Part shown: one piece after another, positions 8,126-16,778 of the stretch | Position numbering within the stretch: position 1 is the first letter of the stretch | Layout of the letters: each line of letters starts with the position of its first letter | Source: a virus | Taxonomy: Duplodnaviria > Caudoviricetes | Reading direction: 5' to 3' (one strand) | Length of the DNA stretch: 29,086 bases | IMG/VR virus record: IMGVR_UViG_3300017707_001232 | Coordinates: 1 to 29,086 of that record | Made by a program: the position numbers and the translations under genes | The notes under the pieces: generated by a model | What the model saw: the letters and a program-made list of their open reading frames with translations, nothing else | What the model was told of the DNA's origin: nothing | Databases searched by the model: none

Positions 8126-10124
8126 CCCGTCCATCCAGACGTGGAACCTCGGCACGACCGGGGGACTCAACCAACGCGGGTTCGCGCTGGAAGGGGAATC
8201 CACGGTCTTGGAAGCTGACAATCTCAGCTTCCTCTCGGATTCGTTCGTCTCGATGCGGAATGCCTTTTCCGATGACAGCCTCACGTCGTCCGGGTTTACG
8301 GGCGAGATTCAGTGGGCGGGGCGACACGTCACCAACGACGGCGACGAAGAACTGTGGGCAGCGGCCTACAACGCCGGCACGGTGGCCTGTGCGCGGCGGG
8401 TGGCTGGGGTCTGGACGCCGGTCACGCTGATTGACACCCCAAACCCGGACAAGCTGACCGAGATGCACAGCGTGTCGTTCAACGGCAAGTTGTTTCTGGC
8501 CTACGACAGCGCGGTGAATCGCCTGCATTGCTGGGACGGAACGAGCGTCCGACGTGTGGGCCTGACCGTCTCAGGCGTGGGGTCGGCGGCGAATACCGGC
8601 GCGGGTGCCTACGCGGCGACGGCGCGGCAGTATCGGTTCTCGCAGCGCATTAAAGACGGCACCGACATTGTGGCCGAGTCGGAACTGTCGGCGGCGATTT
8701 CGTTCACCCCGAGTGGGGCGGGCACGGCGGCACGGATTACCGGCCCCACGGTGGTCGATAGCGCCACGCATTGGGTCGTGTATGGCCTGATTTCGTCGGC
8801 GGGCGATGTCTACGACCTCTACGAAGAACTCGCGGAGACGGCCAACGGCGCGACCTATGACGACTCAACCGCGCCGGCCAGCTACGACGGCGATGCCCCT
8901 CCGGTGCTGAACAGCAACATCCCGCCGCCTTCGGCCAAGTGCCTGGCGACGGACAGCAGCCGCCTGATCATGGCGGGCGCGTGGGAAACCACGGCGACGG
9001 CAGGACAGACCACGCCCGCGAACAACCGCGTCTGGTTCACGCGCACCCTCGCAGCGACGGACGTGGGCGATGATGAATCCGTCCCCAACGGCTTGTGGCT
9101 GAACATCGGGGACGCGGGGCCGGTGACGGCGCTCGGCACGATCTACACCGATGTCTACCCGCTGAAGCTCGGGAGCGTCCACAAACTGATCCCGACGCAA
9201 GACCCCGATGGGCCGTTCTCGCGGGTGCTGATCTCGGAGAACTTCGGCTGTGTCGGCCAGCGCGTGCTGGCGAACGGCGAGACGGAAGACGGTTTCAGCG
9301 CGATCTACTTTGCCGATGACCATGCGGTCTATCGCTTGGCCTACGGCGCGGTGCTGCCGTTCTCGGAGCCGATTGGACGCGACATGCGCTCGCAGACGAT
9401 CACGGCGGCATCCAGTGTCTTGTGCTACGACCCGTTCCGCCGGGTGCTGCTGTTGCAGATTTCCAACACCGCGCCGAGCATCTTGGGCAGTTACTGCGCG
9501 TTCGTCACCGACACGGTGAAGCGGAAGTGGTCGGGGTTCTCGCTGGCGGGGCAGACGAACGGCTGGACGCTCGGCTCGTCCATGCTCGGCACCGACACCA
9601 CGCTGGCCGGCCTGAACGCGACGATCCGTTGTGCGGTCGTGGCGCAGGACTCGTCCGACAACTCGACTCGGCTCTACGTCGGCGGCAAGGATGACAGCGG
9701 CGACTCCCTGCTGCGGTCGTGGGGGCCGCGCTGTGTGCTGGATGGGTCGATTGCGTTCACGACTAAGGTCCGCGCTCGACGCACGTTTGGCCCCGGCAAG
9801 AAGGCGACGATCTGGGCACCGACGCTCTACTACCGCAACCCGCAGGGCGATACCTCGGGGAGCCTGAGTTGCAGCGTGTCGCTCATCCCCAACTACGACG
9901 CCACGCAGACCGTGACGGAGACGTTCACGATGGACGCCACGCAGGACGACAACGGCATCTCGGTCGTCGAGAAGTCGCTGGAATCGGTGCAGATGAGTGA
10001 CGTGTCGGTGCTGGATTTGACCGTGACCATGAGCTACAGCGGCACGGCGTATGAGTCGGTGACGACCCCGACGATTGACGCGATTGCGGTGCCCTACAAG
10101 GTCGGGGAGCCGGTGGCGCGATGA
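8118..10124 (+). CDS. Tail nozzle / DNA stabilization protein (P22 gp10 / T7 gp12-like)
   Basis: About 668 aa beta-propeller-like protein (TTGGLN, FNGKLFLA, RLIMAG, NRVWFT, GCVG). Start re-called at TTG 8118, which overlaps the previous stop by 8 nt. Confidence 0.7.
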   Translation: MSSPSIQTWNLGTTGGLNQRGFALEGESTVLEADNLSFLSDSFVSMRNAFSDDSLTSSGFTGEIQWAGRHVTNDGDEELWAAAYNAGTVACARRVAGVWTPVTLIDTPNPDKLTEMHSVSFNGKLFLAYDSAVNRLHCWDGTSVRRVGLTVSGVGSAANTGAGAYAATARQYRFSQRIKDGTDIVAESELSAAISFTPSGAGTAARITGPTVVDSATHWVVYGLISSAGDVYDLYEELAETANGATYDDSTAPASYDGDAPPVLNSNIPPPSAKCLATDSSRLIMAGAWETTATAGQTTPANNRVWFTRTLAATDVGDDESVPNGLWLNIGDAGPVTALGTIYTDVYPLKLGSVHKLIPTQDPDGPFSRVLISENFGCVGQRVLANGETEDGFSAIYFADDHAVYRLAYGAVLPFSEPIGRDMRSQTITAASSVLCYDPFRRVLLLQISNTAPSILGSYCAFVTDTVKRKWSGFSLAGQTNGWTLGSSMLGTDTTLAGLNATIRCAVVAQDSSDNSTRLYVGGKDDSGDSLLRSWGPRCVLDGSIAFTTKVRARRTFGPGKKATIWAPTLYYRNPQGDTSGSLSCSVSLIPNYDATQTVTETFTMDATQDDNGISVVEKSLESVQMSDVSVLDLTVTMSYSGTAYESVTTPTIDAIAVPYKVGEPVAR

Positions 10125-10405
10125 GGATTCTGCTGACGTGGATTGACCAGTTGCGGACGACGAAGCTCCCCGAGCTGCAAGCGTTCTGCGCGGCCCTCGT
10201 CTCGCAGTTGCAGGAGATCGCGGCGGCAGCGAATACCTGGGCGGCAGTGAATCACGACAGCGACGGGACGCATTCGATTGTGGCGGTGGGGGCGGATGAC
10301 GTGCCGGCGGCGACGGTGGGGAAGATCACGATTTACACCACGGACGGGGCAACCCTGAAAGTGGTCAAGGCCGATGGGACCATCGGCACGATTACGGTGG
10401 TGTAG
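10121..10405 (+). CDS. Small virion protein (94 aa)
   Basis: ATGA coupling to the nozzle gene; helical N-terminus and beta-rich C-terminus. Confidence 0.6.
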   Translation: MRILLTWIDQLRTTKLPELQAFCAALVSQLQEIAAAANTWAAVNHDSDGTHSIVAVGADDVPAATVGKITIYTTDGATLKVVKADGTIGTITVV

Positions 10406-10407
10406 CG

Positions 10408-11010
10408 ATGGGAATGCCTGAAAAAGACATGTTTGGGAAGCCGTGGCCGACGTATGGGCAGGACGCCTTGCAGCAGAACCTCGGCGGGTCTACGTCGAAC
10501 ACGACGGGCGGCGGTCGTGCGCGTTCCGGCGCGGCTCCGTCAGGCTACGACCAGAAGAATTGGGACAACCCCAACATGAAGTCGGTCAAGTACGACGCGG
10601 CCAGCTTCCTGGCGGGGAAGAACAAGCCCAGCGAGATCGCGGCCATCGTCGGCAGCCCCGAGTTTCAGGCGCGATTCAAGGGCGCGACGTTCGACGGCAA
10701 AGACCGTGTGAACTTCAACGGCGCGTTGAGCGATGGGGCCTCGGGTGTGCCGGTCTATGACATCGACGTGCTCATGGCGGCGGATCGGGACAAGGACTCA
10801 TCGAATGGATTCTGGTGGGGCCATGACGTGGAAGGCATGAACAAAGGCCCCGCGACTGGTGTCGCGTCCAGCGGTGCGCCCGCGTCGAACACGATGCCCG
10901 TGGTGATGCCGGGGCAGCAGAGTGACTTAATGGCGCAGATTATGGCGGCGTTGCAGGCGCAACAGGAACCCGTGGATCAGCAGGCGCTCTTGCAGCAGGC
11001 GATGAGGTAA
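10408..11010 (+). CDS. Probable internal virion protein with an unnamed central domain
   Basis: Disordered termini flank a globular domain (approx. aa 45-140) that resembles part of the 15807-16388 protein. Confidence 0.6.
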   Translation: MGMPEKDMFGKPWPTYGQDALQQNLGGSTSNTTGGGRARSGAAPSGYDQKNWDNPNMKSVKYDAASFLAGKNKPSEIAAIVGSPEFQARFKGATFDGKDRVNFNGALSDGASGVPVYDIDVLMAADRDKDSSNGFWWGHDVEGMNKGPATGVASSGAPASNTMPVVMPGQQSDLMAQIMAALQAQQEPVDQQALLQQAMR

Positions 11011-11014
11011 CGCG

Positions 11015-12013
11015 ATGGCATACGACGCAAACGGCAATTGGGAAGAAGACACGTCGCCGGACTACACGCCCCCACCGCCGTTCACCGGCAATGGGTCGAG
11101 CGTGTGGGCACCTGGTTACGATCCGGGTCCGAACTACAACAACGGTGTCGCCCCGCCGCCCCCGAGTGGGCGCTACGACTACAACGGCGGCTCGCCGGTC
11201 AACTCGCCCAATGAAGTGCTGAAGGCGGGCAACGGCTGGGAGTGGCAAGGGCCACAGACCCCCCTGTGGGACATGGACGCCAAGCAGTGGACGAGGGGCG
11301 TGTGGAATCAGGTCACGGGCCGTGGCCTCGGCTACGTCCCTACGGGGACGGGGACGGGGACGACGACCACGCCCCCACCGACCACGACCACGGGTGGCGC
11401 GGTGCCGTCGATGCCCGCGTCTGGCGGGAGCACGTCTTCGACGATTCCGTCCTCGACCCTCCCGCCGGACATCGCGGCCCTGTTCGGTCAGACGCCGACG
11501 AAAACGCCGATTCAGAGCGCCTATCAGGATGCGCTGCTGAAATACATGGCGAAGGCGCAGACCACGCCGTCACTCGATGACCCGACACTCGCCCCACAGG
11601 TGGAAGTGTTCCGGGCGGGCGCACAGCGCGGGCAGGAGCGCAACCGTCTCGCGTCGGCGGAACGTGCCGCCGCGAATGGTCAGAGCGAGTCGGGCTATCT
11701 CGACAACCTGATTATGAAGGGTGTGCAGGATCAGGGCTTCAACACGGCGAGCTATAACGCCAACCTGCTCGGCGGCGAGATGAACAAGCGCCGGGAGGAA
11801 TTGCAGGCTGGCTTGCAGTTGGCGGCGGCGACGGGTGACGCGGAAGCCTCCCGCGAGTTGCAGACGCGCCTCGCGCAGGTGTCGGCGGCGATGCAGCAGC
11901 AGGGGCTGAACTTGCAGGGCCAACTGGGATTTGGCGATCTGGATTTGCGCCGTCTACTGGGCACGGAGTCGCTGAATCAGAGCGCCTTGCAGATCATCAT
12001 GGGAGGGCTGTAA
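11015..12013 (+). CDS. Probable internal virion / DNA ejection protein
   Basis: Pro/Thr/Gly-rich N-half, Gln/Ala helical C-half, no Cys; position after the nozzle gene. Confidence 0.55.
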   Translation: MAYDANGNWEEDTSPDYTPPPPFTGNGSSVWAPGYDPGPNYNNGVAPPPPSGRYDYNGGSPVNSPNEVLKAGNGWEWQGPQTPLWDMDAKQWTRGVWNQVTGRGLGYVPTGTGTGTTTTPPPTTTTGGAVPSMPASGGSTSSTIPSSTLPPDIAALFGQTPTKTPIQSAYQDALLKYMAKAQTTPSLDDPTLAPQVEVFRAGAQRGQERNRLASAERAAANGQSESGYLDNLIMKGVQDQGFNTASYNANLLGGEMNKRREELQAGLQLAAATGDAEASRELQTRLAQVSAAMQQQGLNLQGQLGFGDLDLRRLLGTESLNQSALQIIMGGL

Positions 12014-12715
12014 ATGCCGTTCATGGCCGCCCTCCCGGCGATTACCGGCGTAGCCGGACTGCTCGGCAAACTGCTTGGCGGGGCCGCGAAAGGCTCAGCC
12101 GACCAGCGGATCACGGAGAACCAGCAGCGCCTGCAGCAGCAGCAGGGGCAGAACTCTGACCTGTTGCAGCGGGCGCTCTTGCAGAGCAACAACGCGAATA
12201 CCCGTGCGTCGATGGCGAACGACAACGCGAACACCCGCGCCTCGATGCAGAACAGCGACAACCAGTTCCGCGCCGGTCTGGACTTGCAGCGCAAGCAGTT
12301 CACCCAGCAGGAGGGCAGCACGCAAGCGCGTCAGGCGATGGCGGGGAGTCTCTTGTCGCGCATTCAGCCGATCAACGGCTCGTCCAGTAACTCGATCATC
12401 AATGCGCTCGGGCCTGAGGCACGGGAAGCGGGATCGCTACTCGCGCAGCGTGGCGTGTCTGGTCTGCGGAGTGGCCCGTCGAAATTCGCGGACATCCCCG
12501 GTGTGAGCTTGCCGAATCTGACACTGCCCGATGTGCTGAACATGCCGCCCGCGACTCAGGCGGCGTTGCAGAAGTCGGGCTTGCTGGAAAAGCTGCTCGG
12601 CGGGGCTGGGTTGGCGGGGTCGATCCTCGGCGGGTTGGGACAGCTTGATCAATACGGAGGCGCGCCGAATACGAGCGGCAACCGCCTGCCGATTGATCCG
12701 ACCGGAGGTGGCTAG
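12014..12715 (+). CDS. Probable DNA pilot/ejection protein
   Basis: Gly/Ala hydrophobic segments at both ends, Gln/Asn-rich coil, internal NANTRASM repeat. Confidence 0.55.
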   Translation: MPFMAALPAITGVAGLLGKLLGGAAKGSADQRITENQQRLQQQQGQNSDLLQRALLQSNNANTRASMANDNANTRASMQNSDNQFRAGLDLQRKQFTQQEGSTQARQAMAGSLLSRIQPINGSSSNSIINALGPEAREAGSLLAQRGVSGLRSGPSKFADIPGVSLPNLTLPDVLNMPPATQAALQKSGLLEKLLGGAGLAGSILGGLGQLDQYGGAPNTSGNRLPIDPTGGG

Positions 12716-13737
12716 TGGCGATCGCAGGCGCGGCGTTTGGGGCCGGTAAAGCCCTGGAAGACATCATCGGGGAGCAGATGCTCCGCGCACAGATGCAGGC
12801 GCGTGAGCAGGAAGCCGCCGCACGGACAGAACTGGAGCGGGCGCGGCTCAGTGAGTCGATGCGCCAGAACGACCTCGACGAGAAGTTCCGGGGCCGGCAG
12901 GAGGATCGCGTGCTGGCCGGTGATCGCCAGAAGAACAACGAGCGCGAAGTGCGCCGGATGATTGGCGAAGGCATCACGCGCCGTGTCCCGATCGCGGACA
13001 TGGAAGGCATGGCGTTTGCCGAGGGGATTGATCTGACGCCGAAGAAGGTGCAGTACACCTACACCGACCCCAAGACCGGCAACAAGTCGATCCGGTTCGC
13101 GCAGGAAGACCAGATTCCTGCCGGTGGGCTGGACATGGGGAACGAGCCGCAGAAGCCTGAGAAGGCGCCGCGTCCCGGTACGCATGTGGTCGGCGGCAAC
13201 CTGGTCAGAGACGACGGAACGGTGTTGTTTACGGCACCGGACAAGACGAAACCAGAGGCGTCGTTCGGGCAGGAGAAATCGAACAGCATTGTTCGCAAGA
13301 TCAATGACCTGATCGGCGATCCGAATGACCCCGAATCGAAGGGCCGCATCAATAGCCGGACGGCTGGCGTGATGGGGTCGATGATTGCGCGCCTGCCGGT
13401 TAATTCCGAGGCGAGAGATGTTGGGGCAGAGTTGGAATCACTCGCGGCCAACCTCGCGTTTGAGCAACTGCAAAAGATGCGCGATGCCAGCAAGACAGGG
13501 GGCGCACTCGGAAACGTGTCCGAGAAGGAATTGGCATTACTCCAGAACGCCGAGGCGTCCATCCGACAGGACCAAAGCCCGGAGAACCTGATTCGGCAAC
13601 TGGGACTGATCCGCGACAGTGCGGGGCGCTTCGATGCAGCAGCGGCGCAATATGGCGGTATCGGCCCCATGAAACCGGCGACCTCCCGAGACGGAGCCGC
13701 GCCCAAGAGCAAGTTCACGATTATTCGGAAACAGTAG
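12715..13737 (+). CDS. DNA transfer/ejection protein (P22 gp20-like)
   Basis: C-terminal LQKMRDASKTGGALGNVSEKELALLQNA resembles podovirus DNA-transfer proteins; TAGTG coupling. Confidence 0.6.
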   Translation: MAIAGAAFGAGKALEDIIGEQMLRAQMQAREQEAAARTELERARLSESMRQNDLDEKFRGRQEDRVLAGDRQKNNEREVRRMIGEGITRRVPIADMEGMAFAEGIDLTPKKVQYTYTDPKTGNKSIRFAQEDQIPAGGLDMGNEPQKPEKAPRPGTHVVGGNLVRDDGTVLFTAPDKTKPEASFGQEKSNSIVRKINDLIGDPNDPESKGRINSRTAGVMGSMIARLPVNSEARDVGAELESLAANLAFEQLQKMRDASKTGGALGNVSEKELALLQNAEASIRQDQSPENLIRQLGLIRDSAGRFDAAAAQYGGIGPMKPATSRDGAAPKSKFTIIRKQ

Positions 13738-14865
13738 ATGCCGCAATACACCGTCAAGAACGCACAGGGCCGAGAGGTCACGTTCGACTGGCACGGAGAA
13801 AGCGATCCGACTGACGCCGACATGGAAGAAGTGTTTGCGGCGGCTGGCGACGAACCCAAGAAGAAAGGCTTTTGGGATCACAGCATCGAAGACCTCGATA
13901 CCGTGAAGCGCATCCGTGCCTCTGGTGGCGGGTCGCTGCTCGACGGCGCGATGGGTGGCGGTGTGGGCGTCGGCTCTCTGGTGGACGTGGCCGCGAAGCC
14001 CACCATTGGGGTGATCCAGGGATTGGCGCGTCGGCTCTATGGTGGCCTGCTGAAGCCGAAGCAGGGGCTGAAAGACTCCTTTGGGGACGCGAAAGAGATC
14101 GCCGGGACGCTGCTTGATGAGCGTGTGCCCATTAGCCGTGGCGGCGTAGACAAGATCACCCGCAGGCTCGGCCAGTCTCGGGATGCCGCCATGCGGATGG
14201 TGAAGGACGCGGAAGCGGCCGGCACGCAGGGCGTGGTGGCTGGTGACGTGCTGGGCGAGTTCAAGCCCGTCGTGAGTGAGCTTCGCAAGCGGGCCGACAT
14301 CGGCCAAGCCGACGAACTTGCCAAGGTGGGCCAGCGCGGGAGAGCGATTCTCCGCACCACGGGCGGGCGTGGGGGCGACATTCCCCTGACTCGCGCCCAA
14401 ACGCTCAAGGAAACCGCGCAGGATGCCTCCAGCGGGGCGTACCGCATGATGGAGCGCGGCACACAGAAGCAGTTGTCGGCGGATGACTTGCTGGATACCG
14501 CCGTGGCGCGAGGCTTCAAGGGCGGCATTGAGCGGAAGGTGCCTGGTGTCGGCGCCCAGAACGCGAGAACCCAGAAGCTGCTCGGCGGCACGCGGGCGCT
14601 CGAAGATGCGGTCGAGCGTGAAGCCAATAACAACATGCTCGGCGGTGGCCGCGATTGGGCGGCACTCGGGGCTGCGGGTCTTGGCGCGGCGGGTGGTGGT
14701 CCGGTCGGTGGTGCGGCGGCGGGTGCGCTGATGCGCCTGTTGGCAACGCCTTCAACGGGAAGCCGGATCGCCATTGGCGCGAACGAGATCGGCAAAAGCA
14801 CCCTGACCGATCCGATCCTGCGCCAGTCGCTCTTGGCGCTCTTGGCTGGAGGATCGCACGAATGA
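13738..14865 (+). CDS. Probable DNA ejection protein with a C-terminal Gly/Ala membrane segment
   Basis: Helical Ala/Gly-rich protein with AALGAAGLGAAGGGPVGGAAAGALM; last gene of the structural block. Confidence 0.55.
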   Translation: MPQYTVKNAQGREVTFDWHGESDPTDADMEEVFAAAGDEPKKKGFWDHSIEDLDTVKRIRASGGGSLLDGAMGGGVGVGSLVDVAAKPTIGVIQGLARRLYGGLLKPKQGLKDSFGDAKEIAGTLLDERVPISRGGVDKITRRLGQSRDAAMRMVKDAEAAGTQGVVAGDVLGEFKPVVSELRKRADIGQADELAKVGQRGRAILRTTGGRGGDIPLTRAQTLKETAQDASSGAYRMMERGTQKQLSADDLLDTAVARGFKGGIERKVPGVGAQNARTQKLLGGTRALEDAVEREANNNMLGGGRDWAALGAAGLGAAGGGPVGGAAAGALMRLLATPSTGSRIAIGANEIGKSTLTDPILRQSLLALLAGGSHE

Positions 14866-15341
14866 CGCTCACCTGGCTCCCTGACGAGATGCGCCCTTTG
14901 GTGGAGAAAGCCACCGACGCCCAACGAGTCGCCGCGACCTTGTGGGCCGAAGCGCGATCGGAGCCGGTGCAGGGCATCATCGCCGTCGCCAATGTGATCC
15001 GCAACCGCGCCCAGAAGCCGGGATGGTGGGGATCGGGCTACAGCGGCGTGTGCCTTCAGAAAGATCAATTCTCGTGCTGGACGCCTGCGGGTGGACAGCG
15101 CAACTACGACCGCTTGCTGGGCCTGATGCAGCAGTTCTCGGCGGGGACACCGATCACCGATCCGGCCGTGCGCGAGTGCATCGGCATCGCGCATCTGGCG
15201 ATCGGGGACTACCTGCGTGATAACACCAAGGGTTCGACGCATTACATAGTCGCCACCATGACGCCTAGACCGAAGTGGGCGCAGGGGCATACGCCTGTTA
15301 TTCAAGTCGGCAATCACAGTTTCTACCGAGACATCAAATGA
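14862..15341 (+). CDS. Endolysin, SleB/Hydrolase_2-type cell wall hydrolase
   Basis: TLWAEARSEPVQGIIAVANVIRNR, QFSCW, DNTKGSTHY, VGNHSFY. Start re-called at the ATGA overlap with a GGAGG RBS. Confidence 0.88.
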   Translation: MTLTWLPDEMRPLVEKATDAQRVAATLWAEARSEPVQGIIAVANVIRNRAQKPGWWGSGYSGVCLQKDQFSCWTPAGGQRNYDRLLGLMQQFSAGTPITDPAVRECIGIAHLAIGDYLRDNTKGSTHYIVATMTPRPKWAQGHTPVIQVGNHSFYRDIK

Positions 15342-15583
15342 CGGACCGGGTAGACAAGGGGTGGGATTGGTCGGTGGTGATTGGCCTCTGGCTGGGCATC
15401 GCCACGGGCATCGGCATCCCTGGACTCTATGGCGTGTTCACGCTGGTCCGCATGGAGAACCGCGTCACTAATCTGGAAGCCTCCCGCGTCTCGGATCAGG
15501 AGTGGCGCGTCAGTGTTAGCCAAAAGATCGACACCATTAGCGAAGGTGTCAACCGCCTGATCGGCGCACAGCAGGCCAAATGA
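15338..15583 (+). CDS. Single-TM plus coiled-coil protein (holin/XhlA-like or i-spanin-like)
   Basis: ATGA overlap; hydrophobic WSVVIGLWLGIATGIGIPGLYGVFTLV followed by a heptad coil. Confidence 0.6.
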   Translation: MTDRVDKGWDWSVVIGLWLGIATGIGIPGLYGVFTLVRMENRVTNLEASRVSDQEWRVSVSQKIDTISEGVNRLIGAQQAK

Positions 15584-15810
15584 CCCGCGACTGGTCCCCG
15601 GCTGAAGACCGTCGCCCTGGCTTCGCCTTCCAGAAAGACCAGCCTGAGCAGACGGCGCGAGGGTCGGTGTGGACACAGATCGTGTCCTTCCGCCTCGATG
15701 AGCAGCACCCCTTGAGTTACACGCAACTCACGATCCGTTCGGTCGCTGGCGATGTGCTGGTGGGGCATGGGCGGGTGTACGCAGTGACGACGGAGGATGA
15801 CGGCGCATGA
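15580..15810 (+). CDS. Hypothetical protein (76 aa)
   Basis: ATGA overlaps at both ends. Confidence 0.6.
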   Translation: MTRDWSPAEDRRPGFAFQKDQPEQTARGSVWTQIVSFRLDEQHPLSYTQLTIRSVAGDVLVGHGRVYAVTTEDDGA

Positions 15811-16388
15811 TTCCCAACATGTTGGTGGAAGTGGAGAACTGCAAGCGGCTCTATCCGGTGGCGTGGGCCAACGCCCACACGGGCAACGCGCAGACGGAAG
15901 ACTTCATTCGTATCCTCGCGTCGAACCTCCACGCGATTGATGCCCGCTTCGGCTTGAACGGTAAGCGCGGTAATCCGAACGACATCAGCGACGACGCGAT
16001 CAACTACATCGGGGAAGGCCCCGGCCACGATCCCGCGACGGGCCAGCCGGTCACGGTGTTCGATGTGATCCGTGGGGCTGGTGGGCCGAATCCCCAGCCG
16101 TCGTGGGATGCGATCAATCTGCCGGGGCCGGGCGCGTGGGTGAAGCCGATGCCGGTCGTGGCCCCGCCTGCGCCGAGTCCCGCACTCCCGCCGTATCCCG
16201 GCGATCCGGTGTTCGATGAGATTGGCGTCGCGCTGTTCGCAGACTACGCGCTGGCGGGCCAGCCTCCGAATCCTGGCATGGGGCGCTGGTTTGGTCGGAC
16301 TACGTTCGACTACCTCGCCGGGATGCCGATGGCCGACAGCATCAAGAAGCACCGCGCCGAATGGCGAGCCGCGCTGGGGTTGCCATGA
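15807..16388 (+). CDS. Two-domain protein in the lysis cassette (unnamed N-domain, Pro linker, helical C-domain)
   Basis: GGAGG RBS and ATGA overlap; linker PMPVVAPPAPSPALPPYP gives an endolysin-like modular architecture. Confidence 0.75.
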   Translation: MIPNMLVEVENCKRLYPVAWANAHTGNAQTEDFIRILASNLHAIDARFGLNGKRGNPNDISDDAINYIGEGPGHDPATGQPVTVFDVIRGAGGPNPQPSWDAINLPGPGAWVKPMPVVAPPAPSPALPPYPGDPVFDEIGVALFADYALAGQPPNPGMGRWFGRTTFDYLAGMPMADSIKKHRAEWRAALGLP

Positions 16389-16498
16389 AGTGGCGCACGG
16401 ATGTCTTGAATGCGCTGGTGGTCGGCGTGGCCTACCTCTTGGCGAAGTTCAGCAAGGGCAAGAAACCCGCAGAGGGGGAAGGACAGCACAAACCATGA
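16385..16498 (+). CDS. 37-aa peptide with a hydrophobic segment (MKWRTDVLNALVVGVAYLLAKFSKGKKPAEGEGQHKP)
   Basis: Below the ORF-track cut-off; ATGA overlaps at both ends. Confidence 0.6.
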   Translation: MKWRTDVLNALVVGVAYLLAKFSKGKKPAEGEGQHKP

Positions 16499-16668
16499 AG
16501 CTCTCGTCACAGCATTGGATCATTCTCTCGGGCTGTCTCGCTGGTATCGGCTCCATGTTGGCGGCGGTGCCGTCGTGGGATGCGGTGAAATCGCCACAGT
16601 TCGTCGCGGGTGTGTGCATTGTGGTTGCGTCGAATATCGCCGCGATCTACGCCCCGAGGCCCCGATGA
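16495..16668 (+). CDS. 57-aa two-TM holin-like protein
   Basis: MKLSSQHWIILSGCLAGIGSMLAAV...FVAGVCIVVASNIAAIYAPRPR; ATGA overlaps. Confidence 0.65.
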   Translation: MKLSSQHWIILSGCLAGIGSMLAAVPSWDAVKSPQFVAGVCIVVASNIAAIYAPRPR

Positions 16669-16778
16669 AGGGCTGGCTGAAGAAGCTCGGCGCGTGGCTG
16701 CTCAAGAAGGGCATCGAGGAAGCGGCCAAGGAAGTCGGCAAGAAGTCCATCAAGCGACCGAAGCGCAACCGCGTGTAA
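16665..16778 (+). CDS. 37-aa cationic amphipathic peptide (disruptin candidate)
   Basis: MKGWLKKLGAWLLKKGIEEAAKEVGKKSIKRPKRNRV; GAGG RBS; ATGA and TAATG coupling; net charge +10. Confidence 0.65.
   Translation: MKGWLKKLGAWLLKKGIEEAAKEVGKKSIKRPKRNRV

Noticed and set aside
11342-11392. ACGGGG x3 and ACG/ACC short repeats
   Set aside because: Encode a TGTGTGTTTTPPPTTTT linker; ordinary low-complexity coding sequence.
12189-12247. Direct repeat ACAACGCGAA(T/C)ACCCG(T/C)GC(G/C)TCGATG
   Set aside because: Two copies of an in-frame 11-aa protein repeat with synonymous differences; not a CRISPR array or DGR template/variable pair, and no reverse transcriptase is present.
14037-15317. Long minus-strand ORFs (also 4714-5817, 5345-6406, 13537-14400, 26017-26967)
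   Set aside because: Antisense shadows of well-supported plus-strand genes in GC-rich DNA, with no recognisable motifs.
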